A stretch of 64,000 nt of DNA. It comes from an uncultured delta proteobacterium. GTDB lineage: Bacteria; Myxococcota_A; UBA9160; SZUA-336. Shown piece by piece: positions 21,486 to 31,735 of the stretch (position 1 is its first letter; every line of letters starts with the position of its first letter). Location: contig CAVPHD010000001.1 in NCBI GenBank assembly GCA_963704165.1, positions 448,001 through 512,000 of the forward strand, written 5' to 3'. Below the pieces are notes generated by a model that worked only from the letters and a program-made list of their open reading frames with translations, searched no databases and was not told the DNA's origin. Position numbers and translations under genes: made by a program.

Positions 21486-22808
21486 CTAGACGCCGCGGTC
21501 CACCCTGCGGGCCGCCGCTTCGAGTCGAATCTCGAGCGCGCGCGCGTGGGCATCGAGGCCCTCGAGGCGCGCGAGCCTTCCGGCGGCCGGCGCGATCCGA
21601 CCGAAGGCCGCCTCGTCCAGGCCGATCAAGCTGATTCTGCGCTGGAAGTCCTCGACGCCAACGACCGAGAAGAAGCGCGCGGTTCCACCCGTCGGCAGGA
21701 CGTGGCTCGGACCCGCCACGTAGTCGCCGATCGGGACCGGGCTCCACGACCCGAGAAAGACCGCGCCAGCGCAGTCGATCTGCGCGAGGCAAGCGTCCGG
21801 ATCGGCCACGCAGAGCTGCAAGTGCTCCGCACCGTAGCGATTGGCGAGCTCACAGGCCTGCTCGACGTCACGCGTCACGATCAACAGGCTGCGATCGCCG
21901 AGCGATTTCCGGGCGGTGCTCTCTCGCGAGAGTGCCGGTAGCTGGCGTGCGATCTCGGAGCTGACGGCGGCGGCGAGGTCGGCGCTCGGCGTGGCAAGGA
22001 CCACGCTTGCGAGCGCGTCATGCTCCGCCTGTGCGAGCAGGTCGGCAGCGAGATAATCCGCGCGCGCGCTGCCATCCGCGACGATGAACACCTCGCTCGG
22101 ACCGGCCTCCGAATCAATCGCGACCTGCCCGAAGACCTGTCGCTTCGCCTCTTGTGTATGGGCGGTTCCCGGCCCGACGATCTTGTCGACACGAGCGATG
22201 CGCTCTGTGCCGAAGGCCAGCGCAGCGATCGCCTGCACACCCCCGACGCGATACACCCGCGTCATACGCGCGAGCCGAGCCGCGGCGGCGACCGCGGGGT
22301 GAAGCTGCTTGCCCGGACTGCACATCTGCCGCTCCTGAACGCCCGCGACCTCGGCCGGGATACCGAGCATGAGCGTGGTCGAGGCGAGCGGCGCGACGCC
22401 CGCGGGAACGTAGATCCCGACGCGGGCGAGCGGGCGAACGATCTGCCCCAGTCGTTCACCCGGCAGGTCGCAGGACCAGCTTGCCGGCACGTGGAGGCTG
22501 TGGAATCGCCGCACTCGGTCAGCGGCGAGCTCGAGCGCGTCGTGATCCTCGCGAGGCAGTCGCTTTGCGCTGGCTTCGAGCTCGGCCTCTCCGACCAGGA
22601 GCTCCTCGGGACGAAGGCGATAGCCGTCGAACCGCTCGATCGCGTCGATCACCGCGTCGTCCCCGCGCCGGCGGACGTCATCGACGATCGCGGCGACCCG
22701 CTCCTGGAGCTCCGCACGCTCGACCGAGCGGCGCTGTTCCAAGGCTGCGAAGCGCGCGGCAAAGCCCGCGTCACGCGTGTCGATCGATTGGATCGCCGCC
22801 GTCGACAT
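21486..22808 (-). CDS. hisD: Histidinol dehydrogenase
   Basis: GIYVPAG, GGVQAIAALAFGT, KIVGPG, AGPSE, QAEHD, EHL, GDYVAGPSHVLPT. Confidence 0.95.
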   Translation of the reverse strand: MSTAAIQSIDTRDAGFAARFAALEQRRSVERAELQERVAAIVDDVRRRGDDAVIDAIERFDGYRLRPEELLVGEAELEASAKRLPREDHDALELAADRVRRFHSLHVPASWSCDLPGERLGQIVRPLARVGIYVPAGVAPLASTTLMLGIPAEVAGVQERQMCSPGKQLHPAVAAAARLARMTRVYRVGGVQAIAALAFGTERIARVDKIVGPGTAHTQEAKRQVFGQVAIDSEAGPSEVFIVADGSARADYLAADLLAQAEHDALASVVLATPSADLAAAVSSEIARQLPALSRESTARKSLGDRSLLIVTRDVEQACELANRYGAEHLQLCVADPDACLAQIDCAGAVFLGSWSPVPIGDYVAGPSHVLPTGGTARFFSVVGVEDFQRRISLIGLDEAAFGRIAPAAGRLARLEGLDAHARALEIRLEAAARRVDRGV

Positions 22809-22815
22809 TTCCTGC

Positions 22816-24075
22816 CTACTCGGCTTCACGGCGGATCCGACCGCCGAGCGCCGCGATCTTGGCCTCGATGCGCTCGTATCCGCGATCGATGTGGTAGACG
22901 CGGCGCACCCGCGTCTCGCCCGAGGCCGCGAGCCCCGCCAGCACCAGGCAGGCGCTCGCACGCAGGTCCGTCGCCATCACGGGCGCTCCGGACAGGCGGC
23001 ACGGTCCGTTCACGACCGCGGTCTTGCCGTCGATCTCGACGTCCGCGCCGAGCCGCACGAGCTCGGGCACGTGCATGAATCGGTTCTCGAAGATGTTCTC
23101 GCTGATCGCAGAGACCCCGTCGGCCTGCGTCAGCATGGCCATGATCTGCGCCTGCATGTCGGTGGGGAACCCGGGGAAGGGGGCGGTCTTGACGCGAAGG
23201 CCGCGAAATCCCGCGGAGCGGCGAACTCGCACCCAGTCCGAGCCAACATCGACCTCGAGCCCGGTTTCCCGGAACTTGTCGAGCACGACGCCGAGGTTCT
23301 CGGGCGCGACGCCGGTCACTTTGACGTCACCACCGGGAATCATCGCAGCCGACGCGAGCAACGTGGCCGCCTCGATCCGGTCGCCCGCCACAAAATGACG
23401 CAGACCCGAGAGGCTCGACACCCCCTGTACGACCAGGTGATCCGCGCCGGCTTGCTCGATCTGAGCGCCCATCGCGCGCAGCACCGCAATCAGCTCCTGG
23501 ACTTCGGGCTCGCTGGCGGCATTCTCGATCTCGGTCGTGCCCTCGGCCAGAACCGCCGCCATCAGCACGTTCTGCGTGCCGTTCACCGTGGGCAGGTCGA
23601 AGACGACGCGCGCGCCGCGCAGGCGCGTGACGCGCGCCTCGACGTAGCCACCATCGAGCTCGATCTTCGCGCCGAGTGCGGCCATGCCCTTCAGGTGTTG
23701 ATCGACGGGTCGGGCGCCGATCGCACAGCCGCCGGGCAACGAGACGCGTGCGTGACCGCAGCGTGCGAGGAGCGGCCCGAGCACCATGAATGACGCGCGC
23801 ATCGTTCGGACCAGGTCGTAGGGCGCCTCGATCTCGCTCGGCTCCCCGCCCTCGATCCGAAGCGTATCCGCGGACTCCCAGCCCCCCCGAATGCCCAATC
23901 CCTCGATGATCTTCAGCATCGTGTCGAGGTCGCGGACCCGCGGGGCATTCGCGAGCACCACCGGCTCGTCCGAGAGCAGCGACGCCGCCATCAGCGCGAG
24001 GACGGAATTCTTCGAGCCACTCGCCTGCACGGAGCCGCGCAGGGGGATGCCCCCTTCGATCCGGAACTGGTCCAT
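22816..24075 (-). CDS. murA: UDP-N-acetylglucosamine 1-carboxyvinyltransferase
   Basis: [45 protein letters not shown]. Confidence 0.97.
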   Translation of the reverse strand: MDQFRIEGGIPLRGSVQASGSKNSVLALMAASLLSDEPVVLANAPRVRDLDTMLKIIEGLGIRGGWESADTLRIEGGEPSEIEAPYDLVRTMRASFMVLGPLLARCGHARVSLPGGCAIGARPVDQHLKGMAALGAKIELDGGYVEARVTRLRGARVVFDLPTVNGTQNVLMAAVLAEGTTEIENAASEPEVQELIAVLRAMGAQIEQAGADHLVVQGVSSLSGLRHFVAGDRIEAATLLASAAMIPGGDVKVTGVAPENLGVVLDKFRETGLEVDVGSDWVRVRRSAGFRGLRVKTAPFPGFPTDMQAQIMAMLTQADGVSAISENIFENRFMHVPELVRLGADVEIDGKTAVVNGPCRLSGAPVMATDLRASACLVLAGLAASGETRVRRVYHIDRGYERIEAKIAALGGRIRREAE

Positions 24076-24927
24076 TCAAACCTCCAGGAAGCGACCCAGG
24101 ATGACGCGTGGAATCCCGGCCAGGTCCGGGAACCTCTCGATGACGGCTGCACCCGAAGCGCGCAAGAGCTCTTCAACTGCGTCGGCCTGTTCGAAGCCGA
24201 TCTCGAGCGCGATGTAGCCCGGACGGTCGAGCAGGGCAGGCGCCTCGGCGCAGAGGCGACGCACTTCGTGCAGGCCGTCGGGGCCGCCGTCGAGGGCGAC
24301 GCGGGGCTCGTGGCGCAGCTCGGGCGCGAGGGCGTCGAGGTCGGCCGCCGCAACATAGGGTGGATTCGACACCACGAGATCAAACGGACCGCTGAGCTCG
24401 GCGATCCCGCTCGCCTCGAAGAGCTTCACCCGCTCGCCAAAGCCCAGGCTCGCCAGGTTCTGACGCGCCACCTCGAGTGCGGCGGCCGAACAGTCCAGCG
24501 CCACGATCTCGGAATCGGGAAGCTCCCGCGCCAGCGCTGCGCTGACGCAACCCGACCCGACACCGAGCTCTGCGATGCGCTGCGGCTTCAAATCCACCAC
24601 CACCCGCACCAGGGTCTCCGTCTCGGGCCTCGGAATCAGGACGTCGGGCGTGACGCGGAAATCCATCGACCAGAATTCGCGCACGCCGGTGAGATAGGCC
24701 ACCGGCCAGCGCTCCTTCGCGCGGCGCCGAACCAGCTCGCGGTAGCGAGCGCGATCCGCCGCCGCGACCGGCTGATCGAACGCCAGGTACAGGTCCATGC
24801 GCTTCACATCGAGCACGTGCGCGAGCAGGAGCTCCGCGTCCAGACGTGGCGAAGGCACGTCGTGCTGCTTGAAGAAATCGCTGGTCCAGCGCACGAGCTC
24901 CATCAGCTTCCACTCGTCGGCGCTCAT
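24076..24927 (-). CDS. prmC: Release factor glutamine methyltransferase
   Basis: LIPRPETE, ELGVGSGC, SNPPY; coupled to prfA. Confidence 0.95.
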   Translation of the reverse strand: MSADEWKLMELVRWTSDFFKQHDVPSPRLDAELLLAHVLDVKRMDLYLAFDQPVAAADRARYRELVRRRAKERWPVAYLTGVREFWSMDFRVTPDVLIPRPETETLVRVVVDLKPQRIAELGVGSGCVSAALARELPDSEIVALDCSAAALEVARQNLASLGFGERVKLFEASGIAELSGPFDLVVSNPPYVAAADLDALAPELRHEPRVALDGGPDGLHEVRRLCAEAPALLDRPGYIALEIGFEQADAVEELLRASGAAVIERFPDLAGIPRVILGRFLEV

Positions 24928-25988
24928 CTCAGCTCCCCGAGCTCTTCGGCCTCGAGGCTCGTGCTGACCGCGTCGACCAGCTCGTCGATCTCGCCTTCGA
25001 TGACGCGGTCGAGCTTGTGCAGGGTGAATCCGACGCGGTGGTCGGTGACGCGATTCTGCGGGAAGTTGTAGGTGCGGACGCGTTCCGAGCGGTCGCCGGT
25101 GCCGATCTGACCCTTCCGCTTCGCCGCGCGCTCGGAGTCGATGCGCTGCTGTTCCAGGTCGAGCAGACGCGCAGCGAGAACCTTGATCGCCTTTGCCTTG
25201 TTCTTGTGCTGCGATTTCTCGTCCTGACACTGGACCACGAGCCCGGTCGGGATGTGCGTGACGCGGATCGCCGAGTCGGTCGTGTTCACGCTCTGGCCGC
25301 CTGGGCCGCCGGCGCGGAAGCGGTCGATGCGCAGGTCCTTCTCGTCGATCTGGATGTCGGCGGTGTCGGCCTCGGGCAGCACCGCGACCGTGGCGGTCGA
25401 AGTGTGGATGCGGCCCTGGGACTCGGTCGTCGGCACACGCTGAACGCGGTGGACGCCGCTCTCGTACTTGAGTCGGCCGTAGACGGCGGACCCACCGATG
25501 CTCGCGATCACTTCCCGGATGCCGCCGCCGTCGCCTTCGGAGATCGAGAGGACTTCGACGCTCCAGCCGCGGCTCTGTGCATAGCGGGTGTACATGCGAA
25601 ACAGGTCGCCGGCGAAGAGCGACGCCTCTTCACCGCCGGTTCCGGGTCGGATCTCGAGCACGACGCTCTTCTGGTCGAGCGGGTCGCGCGGTGTGAGCAG
25701 CTTCCTAAGCTCGGTCTCGAGCTCGTTGCGGCGGATCTCCAGCACGGTGAGCTCGGCCTTGGCCAGCTCGCGGATCTCGGGGTCGGAGTCCCCCGCGAGC
25801 TCCTCGTTCTCGGCAATGCTCGCGCCGGTCTGCTTCCAGCCTCGATAGGCCGTGATCAGATCGCGAAGACTGGCGAGCTCCTGGGTCAGCTCACGGAGCT
25901 TCGTCGGATCGCGGACGAGCTCGGGCTGGCCGAGTTTGTCCTCGAGCTCCTGGTAGCGAGCCTCGATTTCAGCAATTCGCTCGAACAT
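24924..25988 (-). CDS. prfA: Peptide chain release factor 1
   Basis: ESGVHRVQRVPTTES (PxT), GGQ motif, RTYNFPQNRVTDHR. Confidence 0.97.
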   Translation of the reverse strand: MFERIAEIEARYQELEDKLGQPELVRDPTKLRELTQELASLRDLITAYRGWKQTGASIAENEELAGDSDPEIRELAKAELTVLEIRRNELETELRKLLTPRDPLDQKSVVLEIRPGTGGEEASLFAGDLFRMYTRYAQSRGWSVEVLSISEGDGGGIREVIASIGGSAVYGRLKYESGVHRVQRVPTTESQGRIHTSTATVAVLPEADTADIQIDEKDLRIDRFRAGGPGGQSVNTTDSAIRVTHIPTGLVVQCQDEKSQHKNKAKAIKVLAARLLDLEQQRIDSERAAKRKGQIGTGDRSERVRTYNFPQNRVTDHRVGFTLHKLDRVIEGEIDELVDAVSTSLEAEELGELR

Positions 25989-26054
25989 GGGTCTTCCGGT
26001 CGGGACAGGTTAGCCACGACGGACCCGAGGGGGAGGGGAGAAGAACGCGGGTTC

Positions 26055-26258
26055 TCAGCCTTTCTTCTCGTATCGGCGCCGGAACCGGTCCACCTTCCCG
26101 GCGGTGTCCACGATCTTCTGCTTGCCCGTAAAGAAGGGATGGCAGTTCGAACAAATCTCCACGCGAATCTCGTTCGCCGTGGAGCGTGTCACGAACTCGT
26201 TCCCGCAGGCGCAGTGGACGCGGATCAGCTTGTATTCGGGATGGATGTCCGGCTTCAT
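26055..26258 (-). CDS. rpmE: 50S ribosomal protein L31 (zinc-binding type)
   Basis: [23 protein letters not shown]. Confidence 0.96.
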   Translation of the reverse strand: MKPDIHPEYKLIRVHCACGNEFVTRSTANEIRVEICSNCHPFFTGKQKIVDTAGKVDRFRRRYEKKG

Positions 26259-26294
26259 GGGGACGAGCACGATAGCCCGGACCCGACGGGGCGT

Positions 26295-26939
26295 CTAGCG
26301 GCCCGCTCGGACGAAGTGCAGCATCCGGCCCGAGGCGCGATCCCTGCGGTAGCTCGGGTACTGCTCCGGGTCGCAGGACGTGCAGCCGCCCACGCGATCG
26401 ATTCGAATCGCAGGTACGCCCGAGCCGACGAGCTGAAGCCGGTTCAGGGCGAAGAGGTCGAGCATGGCGTGGCCCGGACGCTCGGACGCGCGGTACACCC
26501 CGCGTTCCGGAATTGCTTCGAGCACCGGTCGATCGACCTCGTAGCAGCAGGGTCCGATGTGCGGGCCGATCGCTGCGCAGAGCTCCTCGGGTCGGCAGCC
26601 GGTCTCGGTGACGAGCGCCCGCACGCTCCGCGAGGCGATCTGCGCGGCGCTTCCTCGCCAGCCCGCGTGTACCGCACACACGAACCGACCGCTCTCGTGC
26701 GCGAGCAGAATCGGAACGCAGTCCGCCGTGACCACGCCAACGGCAACACCGGGACGATCCGCCCAGAGCGCATCGGCCTCTCGCTCGCCGGATCCATCCG
26801 GCGCGCGCAGCAGGGTGGTGCCGTGAACCTGGCGCGCGAAGTGGACATCCCCCGGCACCGCGCTGTGCTTCGTTCCGAATCCGTGCTCGACGCCGATCTC
26901 GTCGAGAAGCGTCGAGTGCAGCGGGGTGCTCGCGCTCAT
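26295..26939 (-). CDS. pgeF: Laccase-domain protein / peptidoglycan editing factor PgeF (YfiH)
   Basis: QVHG, TADCVP, HAGWRG, IGPCCYEV, CT...SYRR; adjacent to rluD. Confidence 0.92.
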   Translation of the reverse strand: MSASTPLHSTLLDEIGVEHGFGTKHSAVPGDVHFARQVHGTTLLRAPDGSGEREADALWADRPGVAVGVVTADCVPILLAHESGRFVCAVHAGWRGSAAQIASRSVRALVTETGCRPEELCAAIGPHIGPCCYEVDRPVLEAIPERGVYRASERPGHAMLDLFALNRLQLVGSGVPAIRIDRVGGCTSCDPEQYPSYRRDRASGRMLHFVRAGR

Positions 26940-27850
26940 CGCAGCGCCTCGAGCAGCGCGAGCAGATCGGCCGGCAGCGGGGACTCGAATCTCACGCGCG
27001 CGCCGGTCGTAGGGTGGTTGAACCCAAGCACCGTGGCGTGCAGAGCCTGGCGCGCGATCGGAAGCGCGGCCGGCCGGGCGCCTCGTCCACCGTAGACCGG
27101 ATCGCCGAGCAAGGGTAGGGAGATCGACGCCATGTGCACCCGGATCTGGTGCGTGCGACCGGTCTCGAGTCGAACACGCAGAAGTGTCGATTCGCGAAGC
27201 CGTCGCTCGATCCGCCAGTGCGTGACCGCACTTCGCGCGATGCGCGCGCGCGTGCTCATGCGCTTGCGATCGGTGGGATGCCGGCCGATCGGTGCATCGA
27301 CGGTCCCGGATTCCGATCGCGGTGCGCCGCGAACGAACGCGAGATACTCGCGGTCGATCGAGTGCTGCTTCCACTGCGCGGCGAGCGCGCGGTGCGCGCG
27401 GTCGTGCTTCGCTGCGACGAGGACGCCGGACGTGTCCTTGTCGAGCCGATGAACGATGCCGGGCCGCAGCTCCCCGCCCACGCCCGAGAGATCCCGGCAA
27501 TGGTGGAGGAGTGCATTGACGAGGGTGCCGCGCGCGTGTCCCGCAGCGGGATGCACGACCATTCCCGCGGGTTTGTCGATCACGACCAGGTCCGCGTCCT
27601 CGTGGAGGACCACCAGCGGGATCGCCTGCGGCTCCAATCGCGCGGGGACGGGCTCCGGCACTCGACCCTCGATCCGCTCACCCAGGCGCAGCTTGTGCGC
27701 CGGCTTCGCGACCGAACCCACGACCTCGATCTCGCCCTGCTCGATCAGCCGCTGTACCTGCGCGCGGGAGAGTGACGGTTCGAGTCGCGCCAAGGCGACG
27801 TCGAGACGCTTCCCCGCCAGGTCCGAATCCACGACGTGCGAAAATCTCAC
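26936..27850 (-). CDS. rluD: RluA-family pseudouridine synthase RluD
   Basis: S4 domain RLD, KPAGMVVHP, HRLDKDTSG, TGRTHQIRVH, QALHA. Confidence 0.95.
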   Translation of the reverse strand: MRFSHVVDSDLAGKRLDVALARLEPSLSRAQVQRLIEQGEIEVVGSVAKPAHKLRLGERIEGRVPEPVPARLEPQAIPLVVLHEDADLVVIDKPAGMVVHPAAGHARGTLVNALLHHCRDLSGVGGELRPGIVHRLDKDTSGVLVAAKHDRAHRALAAQWKQHSIDREYLAFVRGAPRSESGTVDAPIGRHPTDRKRMSTRARIARSAVTHWRIERRLRESTLLRVRLETGRTHQIRVHMASISLPLLGDPVYGGRGARPAALPIARQALHATVLGFNHPTTGARVRFESPLPADLLALLEALR

Positions 27851-28113
27851 CAGATGTGAGTCTGGACCCGACGGTGGGCGTAGACCAGCACGTCGACGAG
27901 CGCGAACTCGAAGAGCTGCGCGCGTTCGGTGACCGTCTCGTCCACGTGCCACAGGTAGTATCGGCGCGCGAGGGCAATCTCGCTCTCGAGACGCTCGAAC
28001 AGGTCGTCCTTCTCGAGGCCGATCCGAACTTGGTCGCCCGCGTACGCGGCGAGGTCCGAGACCAGTACGCGCGCGAGCCGACGCGCCCGAGCCGCGGTCA
28101 CGACGCGGTCCAT
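27847..28113 (-). CDS. romX: RomX-like protein (88 aa), a subunit of the MglA GEF complex in myxobacteria
   Basis: ARRLARVLVSDLAAY...IGLEKDDLFERLESEIALARRYY...FEFALVDVL...HIW resembles M. xanthus RomX as I recall it, in length, RLAR..SD..Y motif and terminal IW. Confidence 0.72.
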   Translation of the reverse strand: MDRVVTAARARRLARVLVSDLAAYAGDQVRIGLEKDDLFERLESEIALARRYYLWHVDETVTERAQLFEFALVDVLVYAHRRVQTHIW

Positions 28114-28760
28114 CAAGCTCGCCGGCTCGAACTCTCCCGCATGCGATCGCTGTAGCTGTCCGCCACGCGCGCGGGATCGAGCGAAAGGCACTTCGCAATC
28201 TGCTTCAGGAAGCCGCGAAGATAGACCGGTGCGGGCAGCTCGTCGTAGAGGTTCGCCTCGATGGACCGCAGGTGCTGCTCGTTGATCTTGGTGATCGACG
28301 AGATCTCCTCGAGCTCGATCCCGAGGCCGACACGGATCCGGCGCAGCACGTCGCCGTCGAAGATGCCGCTCTCGGGTGCAAGACTGTTCTCGACGTCGAG
28401 CTCCGAGCGCGTGGCGCGCCGACCCTCGATTCCTTCGGCCCGGTGCTCGCGCGCAGGTTGCAGGGGCTTCGGCGTGTCCGCGCGATCCATGCGCACACTC
28501 GATGGTGTCGACTCGGATTCGCGGCCGAGACGCGCATCGTATTCGCGGCGAAGGCGCGTGTCGGAAAGGACCGAGTACGCTTCTTCGATCCGGCGCAGTA
28601 TCGCCGCGCAATCCTCGGCCGAGTACAGCGAATACGCCGCGGCAGAGCTCGGCAGATAGGCCGAGCGTGCGATCCGGTACGCGCGCTCGATCTGCTGCGG
28701 TGTCCCGTCTTCGGGTGCCTCGATCAACTCGTAGAGACTCTGCTCTGCCAGCGCTATCAA
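28113..28760 (-). CDS. J-domain-like (no HPD) plus RodZ-type HTH protein
   Basis: SLYELIE...IERAYR...IEEAYSVLSD..LRREYD (J-like); LRRIRVGLGIELEEISSITKI..HLRSIE...YLRGFL (HTH_25-like). Confidence 0.82.
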   Translation of the reverse strand: MIALAEQSLYELIEAPEDGTPQQIERAYRIARSAYLPSSAAAYSLYSAEDCAAILRRIEEAYSVLSDTRLRREYDARLGRESESTPSSVRMDRADTPKPLQPAREHRAEGIEGRRATRSELDVENSLAPESGIFDGDVLRRIRVGLGIELEEISSITKINEQHLRSIEANLYDELPAPVYLRGFLKQIAKCLSLDPARVADSYSDRMRESSSRRA

Positions 28761-28764
28761 CTTC

Positions 28765-29754
28765 TCACGTCCCCAGTAGCTTCTTCACGATCCGCCGGAT
28801 GTACAACGCACCGTCGGAGCGCGGGTAGGCCAACACGAGCGGCCGTCGCTCCTTCACCGAGCGCCAGACGTTGTCATCGAAGCAGATGTATCCGGCGTAG
28901 TCGATGTCGATGCCGAAGTACTTCTTGCACACGCTCTTGATCGAGAACCCCATCTTCACCTCTTCCGTGTCACGAACCTGGTTCACGACGAGGTGAGGTC
29001 GGAAGTTCGCGATCATGTCCCGGAAACGCCGACCCTCGGCCGGATCGATGCGATCGATCTCTGCGAGCAGATCGGCCGGCGTGCGGATTCCGCGCTCATT
29101 GCGCTGATCCATCGAGAGACGGATCACGTCTCGGGCCGTGGAGTCGGCAAGCCGGTGCGAGAGCTGCCGATAGAACGCCGCGCGCAGGAATGCGTAGGCG
29201 TTCTCGATCGCGGTCGGCTCGGGCGTCGTGACCACGAACCCTTCGTCGGCCTCGAGAAAGAAGTCGATCGTCGAGCGGTCCGTACCCGCCGCGAGATCGA
29301 AGATCACGAGGTCCGCGGGGAGCTTCCGCACCGCGCGCAGCAGTGCCGAGCGCTGCTCGGCCGTGGTCTCGGCCTTGCCCGTGTGGCCGATCGCACCGAG
29401 GATCAATCGCAGCCCGGGAACCGGCGTTTCGATCGCGACCTTGTCGAGCTCGAGAACCCGATCCTCGAGGTAGTCCGAGAGTGAGATGCGTTCACCCGCG
29501 CGAACGCCGAGGCACGTGTGCAGGTTCGCGCCGCCGAGGTCCGCGTCGATCAGGATCACCCGCTTGCCCGAGCGTGCCGCCACGGTGGCGAGATTCGCGA
29601 CGAGGAAGCTCTTTCCGATTCCGCCCTTTCCGCCACCCACCGCCCAGACGAGCGCCGGCGGCGGCGGGGCAACGGCAAAGCTGTCCCGCTCGGAGCCGAG
29701 TGTCGGCTCGCCGCGCCTAACGCTCAGCCAGCTCGGTGTTCCGGTCCGTCGCAT
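28765..29754 (-). CDS. MinD/FlhG-like P-loop ATPase
   Basis: GGKGGIGKS, IDADLGGANLH, DLAAG, TTPEPTAIENAY. Confidence 0.88.
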   Translation of the reverse strand: MRRTGTPSWLSVRRGEPTLGSERDSFAVAPPPPALVWAVGGGKGGIGKSFLVANLATVAARSGKRVILIDADLGGANLHTCLGVRAGERISLSDYLEDRVLELDKVAIETPVPGLRLILGAIGHTGKAETTAEQRSALLRAVRKLPADLVIFDLAAGTDRSTIDFFLEADEGFVVTTPEPTAIENAYAFLRAAFYRQLSHRLADSTARDVIRLSMDQRNERGIRTPADLLAEIDRIDPAEGRRFRDMIANFRPHLVVNQVRDTEEVKMGFSIKSVCKKYFGIDIDYAGYICFDDNVWRSVKERRPLVLAYPRSDGALYIRRIVKKLLGT

Positions 29755-30316
29755 CCAGGATCGACAAGAATGGACCCCATGCGGGGTGCGTTAGTCCTGG
29801 GGGGACCATACCTACGATCGGTGTCCAGCGCGGACGTTGCGGCGCTCGATAGAGCCGCATCCGTGCCTGCCGAGGCGTGCGCCCGCCCTTGTGGCGATTG
29901 CAATCCAAGCAGCTGCACACGACGTTTTCCCATGTCGTTCGCCCCCCCTGCGAGCGCGGGATTACGTGATCCAAGTTGAGCTCGGCGCGCGTCTTCCGGT
30001 GGCCGCAATATTGACACGTATTGCGATCGCGCGCGTATATATTCGTCCGGCTGAAGCGCACGTGTCGCCGCGGAACGCGATCGAAGAGCGCGAGCTGAAC
30101 GACACGAGGGATGCGAATCGGCCCACCGACGGTGCCGACCGACTCGTCGGAGTCTCGCACGCTGAGCTCCCGCCAGGATTCGAAGTCGAACGTGTCGTAG
30201 CGCTCATCGACCGCCTTTGCGACGCCCTGATAGAGCAGAATGAAGGCCCGGCGAGCAGAGGTGACGTGGACCGGTAGGAAACACCGGTTCAGCACCAGGA
30301 CGGCCGCGTCCAGCAT
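29717..30316 (-). CDS. Stand-alone HNH endonuclease
   Basis: VLVLN, RD..TCQYCG, LDHVIPRSQGG, WENVVCSCLDCNRHK. Confidence 0.92.
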   Translation of the reverse strand: MLDAAVLVLNRCFLPVHVTSARRAFILLYQGVAKAVDERYDTFDFESWRELSVRDSDESVGTVGGPIRIPRVVQLALFDRVPRRHVRFSRTNIYARDRNTCQYCGHRKTRAELNLDHVIPRSQGGRTTWENVVCSCLDCNRHKGGRTPRQARMRLYRAPQRPRWTPIVGMVPPGLTHPAWGPFLSILDATDRNTELAER

Positions 30317-30325
30317 GGCCGTACC

Positions 30326-31735
30326 TTAGCCAGAACGGCGAGACGCATCAACGCGGGTTTGGGCGACACGTGCCGCGATCACGGCAAAATCCTCGTCGGC
30401 GAGCGTGCGCGGGTCGAAGAGCAGGGCGTCGCGATGTATGCGGGTGAGAATGGGCGGGTCACCCACGCGCAGCCGACGGGCGGCTTCGTCGGGCGCGCAG
30501 CCGGGGACGATGCGTACGATCGCGCCGGGGAGCTCGAGCTCGGGAAGTGAGCCACCACCGACAGGAGAACGCCCGGTCTCGACGCTGACGTGCGGCACTC
30601 CGGCTTCTCTAAACCGTTCGGCCAGCACCGTCGCGCGCGCGTGTAGCTCATCCGGTGATGCGCAGAGCATCGCGAGCACGGGGATCTCCCCGGCGCGGCC
30701 GTCGGCGAGCGCGCGCAGCGTCCAGTGCAGCGCCGCGAGCGTCAGCTTGTCCACTCTCAGGGCACGCGCGAGCGGGCTCTTCTTCATGCGCGCGACGAGC
30801 TCGCGCTTGCCGAGCACGATTCCCGCCTGTGGCCCGCCCAAGAGCTTGTCCGCGCTGAAGAGCACGAGGTCCGCACCGTTGCGCAGACCTGCGGACACGT
30901 CGGAGTCGGGAATTCCGGACGGGCCAAGATCCTCGAAGCTTCCGCTGCCACGGTCCTCGACCAGCGGCAGCCCCGTCTCCGCCGCGAGCGCCGACAGCTC
31001 GGCGACTCCGACGTCGCTGGTGAAGCCCTCGATCCGGAAGTTGCTGCGGTGAACCTTCAGAAGCAGTCCGGTATCCGGGCGGATCGCGTCGCGATAGTCG
31101 CGCAGGTGCGTGCGGTTGGTCGTACCGACCTCGCGCAGGCGCGCGCGGCTGGCGGCCATGATCTCCGGCACACGAAACGAGCCGCCGATCTCGACGAGCT
31201 CGCCTCGCGAGACGATCACCTCCCGGCCCGCGGCAAGCGTATCGACCGCCAGGAACAGGGCCGCCGCGGTGTTGTTCACGACGTGTGCGGCCTCTGCGCC
31301 CGAGAGCAGGCAGAGCATCTCGGCAGCTCGGGTCGTGCGCGAGCCTCGCTGCCCGGTCTCGAGGTCGAGCTCGAGATCGCTGTATCCGGAGGCCGCCGCG
31401 ACCAGCTCGTCGAGCGCGCCGCGGGCAAGCGGCGCCCGGCCGAGATTCGTATGGAGGACGATTCCCGTCGCGTTCAGCACCCGTCGCGGACAGGGGGTCT
31501 CGAGGCGGCGTGCCTTCTCGCCGACCATCTCCGTGAGCGCTCCGAGATCGCTCCGGACCGTCGCCGCCCCCGCCCCCAGCGCCACGCGCGTCTCCTCCAG
31601 AACCGCGCGCGCCGCCGCGAGCAGGCTCCAGCGCGAAAGTCCGGACCCCGAAGCGGCCGCCTCGACCAAGCGATCGACGGCCGGGAGTGCGCGAAGCCGT
31701 GCATTGACCGCCCGAGCGCCTTGATCTACGGTCAC
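30326..31735 (-). CDS. selA: L-seryl-tRNA(Sec) selenium transferase
   Basis: NATGIVLHTNLGRAP, SRGELVEIGGSFR, EVGTTNRT, KVHRSNF, FSADKLLGGPQ, RALRVDK; start is approximate. Confidence 0.95.
   Translation of the reverse strand: MTVDQGARAVNARLRALPAVDRLVEAAASGSGLSRWSLLAAARAVLEETRVALGAGAATVRSDLGALTEMVGEKARRLETPCPRRVLNATGIVLHTNLGRAPLARGALDELVAAASGYSDLELDLETGQRGSRTTRAAEMLCLLSGAEAAHVVNNTAAALFLAVDTLAAGREVIVSRGELVEIGGSFRVPEIMAASRARLREVGTTNRTHLRDYRDAIRPDTGLLLKVHRSNFRIEGFTSDVGVAELSALAAETGLPLVEDRGSGSFEDLGPSGIPDSDVSAGLRNGADLVLFSADKLLGGPQAGIVLGKRELVARMKKSPLARALRVDKLTLAALHWTLRALADGRAGEIPVLAMLCASPDELHARATVLAERFREAGVPHVSVETGRSPVGGGSLPELELPGAIVRIVPGCAPDEAARRLRVGDPPILTRIHRDALLFDPRTLADEDFAVIAARVAQTRVDASRRSG

Noticed and set aside
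29717..30316. HNH nuclease as part of a defence or mobile system
   Set aside because: No methylase, Cas gene, intron or repeat context; it resembles the common stand-alone HNH family embedded among housekeeping genes.
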